Virus record (IMG/VR): IMGVR_UViG_3300042291_001013
Direction: 5' to 3' (one strand)
Length of the DNA: 64,000 bases
From: a virus
Taxonomy: Duplodnaviria > Caudoviricetes
Shown piece after piece: positions 12,554 to 21,648 of this stretch. Within the stretch, counting starts at the first letter, position 1, and each line of letters begins with the position of its first letter. The notes beneath the pieces were generated by a model. That model made no database searches, had not been told where the DNA came from, and saw only the letters and a program-made list of their open reading frames with translations. A program made the position numbers and the translations under genes.

Positions 12554-13498
12554 TTAGGCTTTCTGAATTTTGTCAACCAAACCGGCACTGAATGTGTTGG
12601 CAAATTGATCATATACTTTGGCAGTTACCTTGCGAAAAGTTTGCTCATCAGCATCGCTAAATTTAATAACACGAATGCCATCTTGCTCACAACGTGCCTT
12701 GGTAGGCTCAACTTCGGCCACAGCCACAGCACGCTCAAAACGTCCAGCTTCTAATGCCGCATCTTTCATGACCTGTTGCAGGTCTGCAGACAAGCCAGCC
12801 AAGAAGTTCTTGTTCACAATGATGTTAGTCAACAACAAGCGATGGTTGGGTTCCAAGATAGATTCAGCAACTTCGTTTTGTTGGCAAGCATAGATACGTG
12901 GCCATGAGCTTTCGCCGCCATCAATAGCACCATCTCGGATGCCTTCGGCCACACGTTCAACGTCCATCACAACTGGATCAGCGCCCAGGGCAGTCCATGT
13001 AGCGGCTGCAACTGGTGAATTTGACACACGCACTTTAACGCCGGCCATTTCACTTAGACTTGCAACGTCACGATTCATGGGCATGTTCATAAAGCCACCT
13101 GAGTAGGTAAATGCCATGCCTTTGATGTTGCTGTTCTTGGCGTAACCATCCAGCAAACTCTCGCCAATTTCACTTTCAAACACACGTGCCGCGTGATCGT
13201 GATCACGGAACAAGAAAGGCAAATCAAGTGCGTCAAGATCATTGTTGTACTTGCTGAGTACATAAGTGTACATCTGGCTCATTTCAATAGCGCCAGTGTC
13301 CATAACATCCAACAGGTTATGTTTGGTGATTGGTTCACCATGATTGTACTTGCTGGTATACTCGCTTAGAGTCAGCACTTCAATCTCAAACTGTCCTGGT
13401 GCACGGGCTTCTACTACTTCAGTAAATTTTTCAGCGGCACGAATAAAAATGTCAATAGGTTCATGGGCTAATACCCATTTGATGTGGATAGGTTTCAT
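12554..13498 (-). CDS. TRAP-transporter DctP-like solute-binding protein (no signal peptide)
   Basis: ALDLPFLFRD, EMAGVKVRV, LGADPVVM, GAIDGGE motifs. Confidence 0.88.
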   Translation of the reverse strand: MKPIHIKWVLAHEPIDIFIRAAEKFTEVVEARAPGQFEIEVLTLSEYTSKYNHGEPITKHNLLDVMDTGAIEMSQMYTYVLSKYNNDLDALDLPFLFRDHDHAARVFESEIGESLLDGYAKNSNIKGMAFTYSGGFMNMPMNRDVASLSEMAGVKVRVSNSPVAAATWTALGADPVVMDVERVAEGIRDGAIDGGESSWPRIYACQQNEVAESILEPNHRLLLTNIIVNKNFLAGLSADLQQVMKDAALEAGRFERAVAVAEVEPTKARCEQDGIRVIKFSDADEQTFRKVTAKVYDQFANTFSAGLVDKIQKA

Positions 13499-13534
13499 AA
13501 TATTTTTTCCTTGAGTAATAGCTTGCATGTGTAT

Positions 13535-13633
13535 GCTACGGTGGGCGTTCTAGGTATTGTGCTAGTAAAGGGCATTGCCCAAGCGTCCATTATTTCCGAC
13601 GTCAGCCCCTGCTGGCGTTGCTAGAATTATTTA
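13535..13633 (-). promoter_or_regulatory. TAAATA promoter plus candidate structured 5' leader of the DctP gene
   Basis: TAAATA at 13628-13633 then CTAG...CTAG-closed multi-hairpin segment (GCCAGC/GCTGAC, GTC/GAC, GGGCA/TGCCC). Confidence 0.4.
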
Positions 13634-13683
13634 GCTTTTGCAAGCGTCTTGTATAGCATTTTTAAGGCATTAGTGCGCAATTG

Positions 13684-14868
13684 TTAAAATTTAAAATGAT
13701 TGTTGATACCTGAGCTTTCAAAGTCAGCTTCGCCCAGGTAATAAAAGGGTGATAAAAACCCCACAAAGCCAACTGCTTGCCCCATTTCTCTGTTGAAGTA
13801 CTTGCTGTCAATAGTTTTTACTAGATGTGCAAGACCCGCTTGCCATTTGGCATACTGTGCAGTTTCTTTAAAGTTGGTATAAAACCAATGATCCATCTCG
13901 TTGTAAAAACTGTTGGTTGGTTTACTGGTCTGGAATGTTTCTTGATTGTACTGTGGGTAGATTAACGGCTTGATCAAGTGCTCGTATGTTGTTCGATGGG
14001 TGTAGCTGTAGTTTGGCCAACGGCACACATACTGCATGTGTTTGTTGTGCTCTAGCATAAACCAGTTCTTGACCATGTGGCATTGTTTGATAAACATCTC
14101 TGGCAAGTCAGGCGTCCAATAAAAATATTCGTTGGTCATGTTGGTATAATCACCAAAATCACCCATGCTATGATTGGCCATAACATCAATAAAGTAAGCG
14201 TACCACTTTTTGTCCTTGATGCATAGCTTGGGCTTGTCTACCCCGTACAAGATGCAAATGCGTTGACCAGTGTCTGCTAGCTTTTTGTGACCTACATAGC
14301 CTGTAGCTGAGTGCTTGAACGCATGTCCAGGTTGGAAATAATCTTTAGTTTTCATAACCCAAGATTCATCATACACTTGAGTTAACATGTTTTCACTGTA
14401 GTCGTGCATGGTAATTTTTGTGCGAGGTGAAGCAGTGGTCAACCAGTTCAGCACAGGATATGCCGCATAACGTGCTTCGCTTAGAGTGTTCTCAGGTTTG
14501 CAGTTAAACGGATCGTCGCTAACATCTTTCTCACCAGTCTTGGGATATCGAAAAACAACCTCATCAAGGTGTATTCCGTTGTTGATAAAGCTATACAATG
14601 CTGTAGTCGAATCTCCCCCACCAGAAAATTCTAAACGAATGTAATCGTACTTGTCCCGTAATTGTTGCGCACGAATTCGATACAGGTCTAGGATATTGAT
14701 ATTGGGTTCAACTAGCCAATTTTCGGCACCAAATATTTCGTTGCTGAAATTCCATTCGGGAAACTGATTGGTTTCTGTTGCCTTGGTCAGTGCCATGGGC
14801 TTGCTAAAAAACTTTTCAGTTCCTACAGTGTAGTACCCCAACTTGGGGTTTTGTTCAATCTTGATCAT
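13684..14868 (-). CDS. PP-loop (adenine nucleotide alpha-hydrolase-like) protein, paralog 1
   Basis: RAQQLRDKYDYIRLEFSGGGDSTT; EYFYWTPDLP. Confidence 0.7.
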   Translation of the reverse strand: MIKIEQNPKLGYYTVGTEKFFSKPMALTKATETNQFPEWNFSNEIFGAENWLVEPNINILDLYRIRAQQLRDKYDYIRLEFSGGGDSTTALYSFINNGIHLDEVVFRYPKTGEKDVSDDPFNCKPENTLSEARYAAYPVLNWLTTASPRTKITMHDYSENMLTQVYDESWVMKTKDYFQPGHAFKHSATGYVGHKKLADTGQRICILYGVDKPKLCIKDKKWYAYFIDVMANHSMGDFGDYTNMTNEYFYWTPDLPEMFIKQCHMVKNWFMLEHNKHMQYVCRWPNYSYTHRTTYEHLIKPLIYPQYNQETFQTSKPTNSFYNEMDHWFYTNFKETAQYAKWQAGLAHLVKTIDSKYFNREMGQAVGFVGFLSPFYYLGEADFESSGINNHFKF

Positions 14869-16478
14869 TGTGAGGTTCCAAAAAAGTTGTTGTACCAGTT
14901 GTTGGCTGACTGTGCATGCTTGGCTTGTATTTTATTTTTGCTGTTAAAGTAGTCAAAAAAGTTTATGGCCAGTTGTTCAGTTTCGTTGTCAATGTCTATT
15001 TGCCAGGGCAGATCTATGCCATAGTACATGGCCATGTTTGCTAAAGGACCTTGATACCAAAAGTGCTGAAGTTTATCATTATAGTGTCGTCTTGATTCAG
15101 ACACAACAGTGTCCTGCAGCCATTCCTTGATGCAAAGCTCTTGACCAACAGAATTCATCAATTGCCAGTATGGAGTATCGTTTTTTGGCGCTAGATACAT
15201 ACCAACTTGAATACGTTTCAGCACGTCATTATTGATGTTGTTAACAAACTGATTGTACGAATCTTTCCAGTCAAACGTTCGATCATGATCCTGCTTGATG
15301 TAATCAACCAATTGATTAATAAAAGCCAACTGAGTTGAAAATCCATTGGCGTCATATACGTCAGTAAACCCGCTGGAGATACCCAGCGTCACACAATTAG
15401 CCACAAATGTTTGTTCAAAGAATCCGGCCTGCCAAGATATTTTTCTTTTGATTGCACCCTTCATCCACGGGAACCGCTGATCAAACTCGTCAATCAACTG
15501 CTGTTCATCAGTAGTAAAGTTTTTGTTGTACACATAACCATTGCCACTGCGCCCTGGTTGTGGCAGACCAAACACCCATCCTTGACTCATGGCATAATGT
15601 CTGGACACACAATCTGATGGATTTTCTAGATCATGACGATTTGGTCCCTGCCCAACTATTGCGGCATTGTTAATAGTATCTTCAACCGGACGCCAACGAA
15701 ACGGTACAAACTGCGAAAACAATCTCTTGAACCCGGTACAGTCAACAAACAGATCTGCATGCACCTGTGAATCGTCTTCACCTACTAGGTGAGTAACTCT
15801 GGTCCCATCAAACACCACATTCTTAATTCGCAGAGCTTGAACTTTGACTCCGCAAGGAATGCCCACGCTTTCGTGAATTACGTCTTTGACATAATCAGCA
15901 TTGAAATGAAAACTTGAAACCAATCGCTTCTGTGGCAGATGCTGTTTGTTCATGATTGTTTTGTAATAGCTATACCAATAGCTTTCGCTTAGGTCGCCAG
16001 CCCTGTTTTCATTTTTACGCAGTCCTTTGTTGTATAGGTGTAACCATACGTCCCACAATGTGTATTTGTCATCTTCGGCACCCGATGCTGGACCCAGAGG
16101 TTTTGTTCTATGCCCATAGGTGTCTGTTATAGATTGTGTAATTATCTTGGCACTAGGATTCCACTGGAATCCAGAGACCATGGGTGTCTCGGTGCCATCA
16201 AATCCAAAAAATGCCACACCATACTTGTAGCTAGAATTTGATTTTTTCATCCAGTCATAAGAGCTCTCGTCATCAATGCCAAACAGTTTGCGCATAACAT
16301 CACGACAGTTAAACGCAATGCTTTCTCCGACACCGATGTAAGGAGTGTTGGGATCATGTACAATAGTCACATCAGTTCCTGGACAATTTCTTTTTATGGC
16401 GGCGGCTGCAAAATATCCAGCGGCTCCGGCGCCCACAATCACAACTTTGAGTGGCTTGGCTTCAGCATTTTTTATCAT
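14865..16478 (-). CDS. Tryptophan-halogenase-family flavoprotein
   Basis: GAGAAG, IGVGES, DLFVDCTGF, GWVFGLP...GNGYVY, LGISSGF. Confidence 0.85.
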   Translation of the reverse strand: MIKNAEAKPLKVVIVGAGAAGYFAAAAIKRNCPGTDVTIVHDPNTPYIGVGESIAFNCRDVMRKLFGIDDESSYDWMKKSNSSYKYGVAFFGFDGTETPMVSGFQWNPSAKIITQSITDTYGHRTKPLGPASGAEDDKYTLWDVWLHLYNKGLRKNENRAGDLSESYWYSYYKTIMNKQHLPQKRLVSSFHFNADYVKDVIHESVGIPCGVKVQALRIKNVVFDGTRVTHLVGEDDSQVHADLFVDCTGFKRLFSQFVPFRWRPVEDTINNAAIVGQGPNRHDLENPSDCVSRHYAMSQGWVFGLPQPGRSGNGYVYNKNFTTDEQQLIDEFDQRFPWMKGAIKRKISWQAGFFEQTFVANCVTLGISSGFTDVYDANGFSTQLAFINQLVDYIKQDHDRTFDWKDSYNQFVNNINNDVLKRIQVGMYLAPKNDTPYWQLMNSVGQELCIKEWLQDTVVSESRRHYNDKLQHFWYQGPLANMAMYYGIDLPWQIDIDNETEQLAINFFDYFNSKNKIQAKHAQSANNWYNNFFGTSQ

Positions 16479-17701
16479 GTTATCCTATAAGTGTTTTTTA
16501 AATTAACGTAACAGCCGTTGAGTGACTTGGTACCGGCAATTTCGTCCCAGTGCTTGGGTGCAATGGTTTTTACATGATTCCTAAGCCACGCAAACCCTCG
16601 TGCATAATAATTTTGTCCTAGATCAGGAGACAAACTATTCCATAACCATTCGTCACGTTGTGGCCAACTGGTGCATAATGGTTTTTTAGCCACAACAGCA
16701 TCGGGCATCCAATCTTGGTAAATTAACCTGTGCATTCCGCCCATGGTCAAGGTATAAGGTTTGTTGTTGTGGGTAAAATACACCGCTGCCAATCCTGCTG
16801 TGTCGTTAAACGAAAGGTGCAGAGATCTTGAAATTTTGCCTTCAACTACATGTTTACCATCACAGTGGCCTGGGTCAAATTTTTCACAGTAGTTTTTGAT
16901 CACATGCGCTTGTTTGCAAGGCAACATTGGAAAATCAGCACCCCAATAAAAGTACTCGTCGTATTCGCCAGGTCGATTCAGCATCTGAGCATAGCCACTA
17001 ACGCCGTGATCAAGTCCATCTCTAAAATTAACAAACCAATCTGTGCCTTGCTGTGTTATCATGGGCTTTTCAATTCCCCAAATAAAACACAGGCGTTTAC
17101 CTTGATTGATGATATTGGCGTAGTCGGGTATGTCCTGTCTAAATTGATGTCTTGACAAAGTAACTGGAGAGAAGTAATTGTTGACTCTGTAAAAGTGATC
17201 CCAGCGAGTGTTGTAATCCTTTAACAGTTTGATTTCCATGTCAGTAATATCAACCAGTCGATGTTTAGTGTTGCGATACACAGGATTGTTAGCCAGCAAC
17301 TGCTGGGTGATTGGTATACTAGTCTGTGCTAGCTCTTCATGAAAAAAAGTGGTCTTGTCATCGTGTGCGGCTTTCATGTTGGTGTACTGCGCAATCTCAT
17401 CTATAAAGATATTGTTGCGTACAAAGGTCTGCAGGATATTGTGACTGTCAGCACCGCCACTAAACCACAGCACAATGTAATCATACTGATCTCTAATTTG
17501 CCTAGCACGTTGCTCGTACCAAAAATCTAAACTGCCCGGAGGTTCCTGGGACCAGTCAACGGATTGATAGGTGTCTTGATTGTAGTGCCATTCTACTGGC
17601 AGTTTTGATTGTGCGCTGTGCTCAATTGCTTCTAGTTTGCTGTAGGTTTTACGTGGACCCACAGTGTAGAATCCATATCGATCGCGATTGTCTAGAGACA
17701 T
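16475..17701 (-). CDS. PP-loop protein, paralog 2
   Basis: RARQIRDQYDYIVLWFSGGADSHN; EYFYWGAD; start trimmed to MSLDNRD. Confidence 0.7.
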   Translation of the reverse strand: MSLDNRDRYGFYTVGPRKTYSKLEAIEHSAQSKLPVEWHYNQDTYQSVDWSQEPPGSLDFWYEQRARQIRDQYDYIVLWFSGGADSHNILQTFVRNNIFIDEIAQYTNMKAAHDDKTTFFHEELAQTSIPITQQLLANNPVYRNTKHRLVDITDMEIKLLKDYNTRWDHFYRVNNYFSPVTLSRHQFRQDIPDYANIINQGKRLCFIWGIEKPMITQQGTDWFVNFRDGLDHGVSGYAQMLNRPGEYDEYFYWGADFPMLPCKQAHVIKNYCEKFDPGHCDGKHVVEGKISRSLHLSFNDTAGLAAVYFTHNNKPYTLTMGGMHRLIYQDWMPDAVVAKKPLCTSWPQRDEWLWNSLSPDLGQNYYARGFAWLRNHVKTIAPKHWDEIAGTKSLNGCYVNLKNTYRIT

Positions 17702-17702
17702 A

Positions 17703-18605
17703 TCAACGTCGAACGCCTTGGGCGGCTTGTTGCCAGTGCCTATTTTCCTGGGCAAAACGTTTTTCCACTTCGGCAAGACTGAGAACAGGGGTTGACAAAT
17801 ATGCATTGGCCTGACGTTGTTGTATGCCTGAGTCTGTGGCCAGCACCTCTAGGTCTCGACGATATTGAGCAATATCTGCCTCTGGAGTAGCGGCAGGCAC
17901 CAGTAACCAAAGATTGAGCACAAAATTTTCTAGTCCACGCATGCCAAGGCTGGCAAATGTGGGAATGCCTCGATGACTGCGAGTGCCTGTAATAGCGATT
18001 GGAAACAGTTGTCCACCATCAATCCAGCCTTCGCTATCAGCCAAGAATTCACTGGTTAGATCAATGTGTCCGCCTATAGCATCACGTGTGGCTTCGATGC
18101 CTCCAGGATAAAACGCCAACACCAGTTCAGTGTTGGGAAGATGTTGTTGCATGGCAATGGCCATAAGATGCGATATACTGCCCGGAACAACCCCAATGGT
18201 CAATGTGCGTTGTTGGCGTAGTTCAGCCCAGCTACGATATTTTTTGCTCATTAATACCGGCGCTTGGTCGCCAGCAAACATCATGATAGGACGGAACTGT
18301 TCAACTCGATGCGCTTCAGTTTCTTTAAACAGCAAAGGCCTGATCATAAAACTGCTGGATGCGGCCAGCACTTCTGGACGCTGTGCATTGGCCACAGAGT
18401 TTGCGGCAATACTACCACCAGCACCTGGCCGGGTTGCAAACACATAGGTGCGTTGTGTCTGTGTTTTGTTGGCCAGTGCAGTGCCTTGTCGCAACACATT
18501 GGCTGTATTGCTACCGGGACTGAATCCCCATACCACTGAAACAGTTTCAGCACTGGCGGTCACTGCCATCACACTCAAAATCAAAGTTAATAAAAATTTA
18601 TTCAT
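17703..18605 (-). CDS. Bug/TctC-like solute-binding protein (divergent)
   Basis: Signal peptide MNKFLLTLILSVMAVTASA; WGFSPGS, RPGAGGSIAA, YPGGIEATRDAIGGHID, IPTFASLG. Confidence 0.85.
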   Translation of the reverse strand: MNKFLLTLILSVMAVTASAETVSVVWGFSPGSNTANVLRQGTALANKTQTQRTYVFATRPGAGGSIAANSVANAQRPEVLAASSSFMIRPLLFKETEAHRVEQFRPIMMFAGDQAPVLMSKKYRSWAELRQQRTLTIGVVPGSISHLMAIAMQQHLPNTELVLAFYPGGIEATRDAIGGHIDLTSEFLADSEGWIDGGQLFPIAITGTRSHRGIPTFASLGMRGLENFVLNLWLLVPAATPEADIAQYRRDLEVLATDSGIQQRQANAYLSTPVLSLAEVEKRFAQENRHWQQAAQGVRR

Positions 18606-19152
18606 TGTCATTATTCTCCACAGGGATCCACCCCAATTTAAAAAAATCCTCTTGGATCTCGTCAGTGACATGACCTTCGCCCACAAAGTGTTTGTCATAC
18701 CACTCAATTCTTGCTCGTTGCTCACTAGTCAACTCCGCATCATCTGTTGCGGCACCACCACGTATGCCCGAACAATACCAGTCCATGTAGTCGCCTTGTT
18801 CACGCATGTCGGCCACAATACCCCCGGCGTAGCGCCACGAGCACGACCAAGTTTGGCCCTTCAACAATGGCCACACTGCGTTGCGTTGCCAGTCTTGATT
18901 GCACAAGGCCGCGTAGATGTTTTGTGCATACTCTTCTCGTGCTTTGGCCTTGGCACAGATCCACTCGGTACTGCGTAGATCGTATTCAAGATTGTTTTTC
19001 TTCCACTCCTCGTCAGCGTCGCGGGCAAGATCATGTGCCTTGGCATCTTCGTACATGTTCAAGTAATCCTGATTGGGCTCCTCGCCAGTTTCTTCACAGC
19101 GTTTGATATAGTTTTCTGCTTGAAAGGTATGACGTTCTTTGCTACGATTCAT
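18598..19152 (-). CDS. Conserved phage hypothetical protein
   Basis: YAQNIYAALCN...WSCSWRYAGGIVAD...DYMDWYCSG. Confidence 0.75.
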   Translation of the reverse strand: MNRSKERHTFQAENYIKRCEETGEEPNQDYLNMYEDAKAHDLARDADEEWKKNNLEYDLRSTEWICAKAKAREEYAQNIYAALCNQDWQRNAVWPLLKGQTWSCSWRYAGGIVADMREQGDYMDWYCSGIRGGAATDDAELTSEQRARIEWYDKHFVGEGHVTDEIQEDFFKLGWIPVENNDNE

Positions 19153-19165
19153 GTGTGTTTTTGTT

Positions 19166-19251
19166 TGGTACCAGAGACGGGACTCGAACCCGTATGCCCT
19201 TGCGAGCGGCAGATTTTAAGTCTGCTGTGTATACCATTCCACCACTCTGGC
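19166..19251 (-). tRNA. tRNA-Leu(TAA)
   Basis: Loop CT-TAA-AA, long variable arm, CCA. Confidence 0.96.
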
Positions 19252-19260
19252 GAGTGTTTG

Positions 19261-19437
19261 TTAACCGCCTCGGCCGGCTGCTTTGCGAACTGGTTTACCT
19301 GCGGGTGCTAGCGGAGCAGAACGTTTGGCGGCCTTTTGCTGAGTCTTTGATAACTTTGCATCAGGATGCGCAGAGGCATTCTTTCGATCTAGTGCTTGTT
19401 TCACTGCTGTGATAAAAGGTACTGGCGTTTTTGACAT
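19261..19437 (-). CDS. Small basic protein (58 aa, MSKTPVPFITAVKQ...RKAAGRGG)
   Basis: TAAATA at 19452-19457, GGAG SD; Lys/Arg/Ala-rich; not in the ORF track. Confidence 0.7.
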   Translation of the reverse strand: MSKTPVPFITAVKQALDRKNASAHPDAKLSKTQQKAAKRSAPLAPAGKPVRKAAGRGG

Positions 19438-19450
19438 TGTTGCTCCAAGT

Positions 19451-19684
19451 TTATTTAGCGGTCAGTTGTGCCCAGGCCAACCATTGCTTAAATGCATTAT
19501 ACACTGTTTCTGCTTCTTTGTCATCCACTGGCACTCGAACTCCACGTACATAGAATCCTTCTGGAGTGACCTTTATCATTTCATCTCCATCATTTAATGT
19601 CCATGAAATTGTATTGTTATGATACAAGCCTTCGGTACTGCCGCCCATGTCTACCTGTAGTGTCTGCGGTTTGATAGGTGTCAT
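19451..19684 (-). CDS. Hypothetical protein
   Basis: EMIKVTPEGFYVRGVRVP; start trimmed to avoid tRNA overlap. Confidence 0.65.
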   Translation of the reverse strand: MTPIKPQTLQVDMGGSTEGLYHNNTISWTLNDGDEMIKVTPEGFYVRGVRVPVDDKEAETVYNAFKQWLAWAQLTAK

Positions 19685-19693
19685 GCTAGTCCT

Positions 19694-19768
19694 TGGTCCG
19701 GCGTGCAAGAATCGAACTCACATTCAAGAGGTAGAAGCTCTTTGTATTATCCATTATACTAACGCCAG
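19694..19768 (-). tRNA. tRNA-Arg(TCT)
   Basis: Loop CT-TCT-AC, CCA. Confidence 0.93.
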
Positions 19769-19770
19769 GT

Positions 19771-19845
19771 TGGTGGGACCACTTGGAATTGAACCAAGAC
19801 TCAATCGATTATGAGTCGACTGCTTTACCATTAAGCTATGATCCC
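19771..19845 (-). tRNA. tRNA-Ile2(CAT), lysidine type
   Basis: Anticodon arm GTCGA-CTCATAA-TCGAT resembles ileX-type tRNAs; CCA. Confidence 0.82.
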
Positions 19846-19854
19846 AATGATTGT

Positions 19855-19883
19855 ATTATAGCAGGAAAATTATTTAGTGTCAA
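19855..19883 (-). promoter_or_regulatory. sigma70 promoter for the Ile2-Arg tRNA pair
   Basis: TTGACA-17-TATAAT; TAAATA in spacer. Confidence 0.8.
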
Positions 19884-20250
19884 CAGTGCCGTCAGCCAGG
19901 TGGTCTTGCTTGATTTCAGTCACAGGGTGTCCCAGGATACGTGCAATTGAGTTTTTGTATGTGATTCGCTTGTTGTTGTGATCACGTATGGCAATTGCCC
20001 TGCGCCCAATTTCTGCCAAACTAAGCATTTGTTCAACGCCGGATTTGAGTTGCCATTCTAAATCCCAGATGGCATGGTGGATGTCGGTCATGGCCTGGAT
20101 GTCTGCATCCAGCTCAGGACTTTGTGGTAGCTGACGGTATTTGTCTTCATACCAATCAAGTTCTACTTGGTTTGCACCATTGGTGCGTATGTGCTTTACT
20201 CTGGCAATGCAGAGTCGGTCTATTAGTTCAAGTGCGGGTAAAAATTCCAT
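19870..20250 (-). CDS. Helical hypothetical protein (ELIDRL...WDLE...N.KR family)
   Basis: ORF with its own promoter at 20270-20298. Confidence 0.7.
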   Translation of the reverse strand: MEFLPALELIDRLCIARVKHIRTNGANQVELDWYEDKYRQLPQSPELDADIQAMTDIHHAIWDLEWQLKSGVEQMLSLAEIGRRAIAIRDHNNKRITYKNSIARILGHPVTEIKQDHLADGTVDTK

Positions 20251-20269
20251 AGTTCACCTTTAAAAATTT

Positions 20270-20298
20270 ATTATAACACGTATGTCAACCAGTGTCAA
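20270..20298 (-). promoter_or_regulatory. sigma70 promoter
   Basis: TTGACA-17-TATAAT. Confidence 0.75.
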
Positions 20299-20603
20299 GC
20301 CTGTATCCAATTTACGCTGTCACGTTTTTCAATGCTTTCGTTGCCATCGTATTCGTTTACTTGAAACTGTGTTCCTTCAGGGATCCACTCAATTTGTAAA
20401 TCATGCATACCACCATTGTAGATATCTGGGTACTTGAGCACAAGAAACGCTCGTAACTCGTCCCATTTTTCCTGTTCTACTAACTCAACTATGGCAGGAT
20501 CAAACAAGATTTCTGGCCGGCTGGTATTCCAAGAGAACCATCCTGCACCATAGCCGGGCGAGTATAACACTGCTACCTTGCCATCACGTATAACCTTGTC
20601 CAT
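20295..20603 (-). CDS. Conserved phage hypothetical protein
   Basis: VAVLYSPGYGAGW...EYDGNE. Confidence 0.75.
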   Translation of the reverse strand: MDKVIRDGKVAVLYSPGYGAGWFSWNTSRPEILFDPAIVELVEQEKWDELRAFLVLKYPDIYNGGMHDLQIEWIPEGTQFQVNEYDGNESIEKRDSVNWIQA

Positions 20604-20605
20604 TT

Positions 20606-20719
20606 TTATTTTGTCACAATTCTATATCTTGAATGAGGGTATTTTGCTTGCAACCACTCTAGCAATCCAGGCTCGTACGGTAACTCAATGGTGTTGTTGT
20701 AGTTGGCAATGTATGTCAT
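20606..20719 (-). CDS. Small hypothetical protein (37 aa, MTYIANYNNTIELPYEPG...)
   Basis: GGAG SD and ATGA overlap with the upstream stop. Confidence 0.55.
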   Translation of the reverse strand: MTYIANYNNTIELPYEPGLLEWLQAKYPHSRYRIVTK

Positions 20720-21093
20720 TCTTCAACTCCTTCAACTTCCTCTACGGGTTGATTGGGAATGTTTTCTGTATCACCATCTTGTGCAACAACAAAGCCCATG
20801 CCTAACATTATTTCAGTTTCAAAAGGCGTGCAGTGAGGGCGAAACACAAACAGTCTACAAGTGAGATTATCTTGGCTGTAGTAAATCCTGTATCTAACCG
20901 ATTCTATGCCCAAAGTGTCAGCCAGTTCCTGCGATGAGAATGTTTCAGGCCAAGACTCGTTCACACTGGCCCGGGTCTTTTCAAAGTAGAAGTCCTGCAT
21001 ACGTTGTACACCAGAACCCCTGCCCCAAAATGCATTTTGCTTGCACCATGCAATCTTGCGGTCTAGCATTTCTGTTGTGATTTCATTGATCAT
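20716..21093 (-). CDS. Hypothetical protein ending GVEE
   Basis: ORF track; ATGA-coupled junctions. Confidence 0.7.
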   Translation of the reverse strand: MINEITTEMLDRKIAWCKQNAFWGRGSGVQRMQDFYFEKTRASVNESWPETFSSQELADTLGIESVRYRIYYSQDNLTCRLFVFRPHCTPFETEIMLGMGFVVAQDGDTENIPNQPVEEVEGVEE

Positions 21094-21254
21094 TCTTCAA
21101 CTCCGAAATGTTCTTTGATCCTACGGTTAATCTCCGCTAATACCTCTTCGGTAACATCTTTGACCTCGCCTGTTGGAACACAAGGTTCACATTCCCAAGT
21201 GCAGATTGTTTTACTTTTTCCATCTTGCTCAACCACAACCGATAGTTTCATCAT
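21090..21254 (-). CDS. Small hypothetical protein (54 aa, ends IKEHFGVEE)
   Basis: Hand translation; translationally coupled on both sides. Confidence 0.65.
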   Translation of the reverse strand: MMKLSVVVEQDGKSKTICTWECEPCVPTGEVKDVTEEVLAEINRRIKEHFGVEE

Positions 21255-21451
21255 TCAACTCCGAAATATTTTTTGATAGCATTCATATGATAATCTTCGT
21301 TGTAGCCACCGACATTTTTTACGGCCTGGATACATTCCCGCACAATCAACTCGGCAAACTTTGGTACGTCAAAACTTTGATTGCGGTCATATATATCGGG
21401 ATCGCTTCTAAAGCCGCATTGTTCAGCAAGTAGTTTGATTTGTTCATTCAT
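21251..21451 (-). CDS. MNEQIKLLAEQCG...FAELIV...KKYFGVE family small protein
   Basis: Paralog of 21645-21881. Confidence 0.75.
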   Translation of the reverse strand: MNEQIKLLAEQCGFRSDPDIYDRNQSFDVPKFAELIVRECIQAVKNVGGYNEDYHMNAIKKYFGVE

Positions 21452-21648
21452 TTTGTAAACCTCGGCATGTTAGCAGTACCGCCAGCGTATTCAAAACTTG
21501 TCAACATGGGCAACAAACCCGCTAGATCCTCTGCAGGATGACGTTCAATCACAGTCATAGCATCACCGTCTTTGAGCATAAAGTACAATTTCTCAGTACC
21601 TTCTTCAATTTGATTTTGAAATATATGTTCTAAATCTTCAATGGTCAT
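21448..21648 (-). CDS. Small hypothetical protein
   Basis: ORF track; ATGA overlaps. Confidence 0.65.
   Translation of the reverse strand: MTIEDLEHIFQNQIEEGTEKLYFMLKDGDAMTVIERHPAEDLAGLLPMLTSFEYAGGTANMPRFTK

Noticed and set aside
6200-12600. CRISPR-like periodic repeats
   Set aside because: The recurring TGG...TCGAAC motifs are tRNA 3' ends and T-arms; there is no constant direct repeat with unique spacers and no cas gene.
19155-19412. 85-aa ORF across tRNA-Leu(TAA)
   Set aside because: It overlaps the tRNA; a better-supported 58-aa ORF (19261-19437) occupies another frame.
6258-19845. Suppressor tRNA or stop-codon recoding
   Set aside because: No CTA, TTA or TCA anticodon among the 30 tRNAs, and long genes read intact under code 11.
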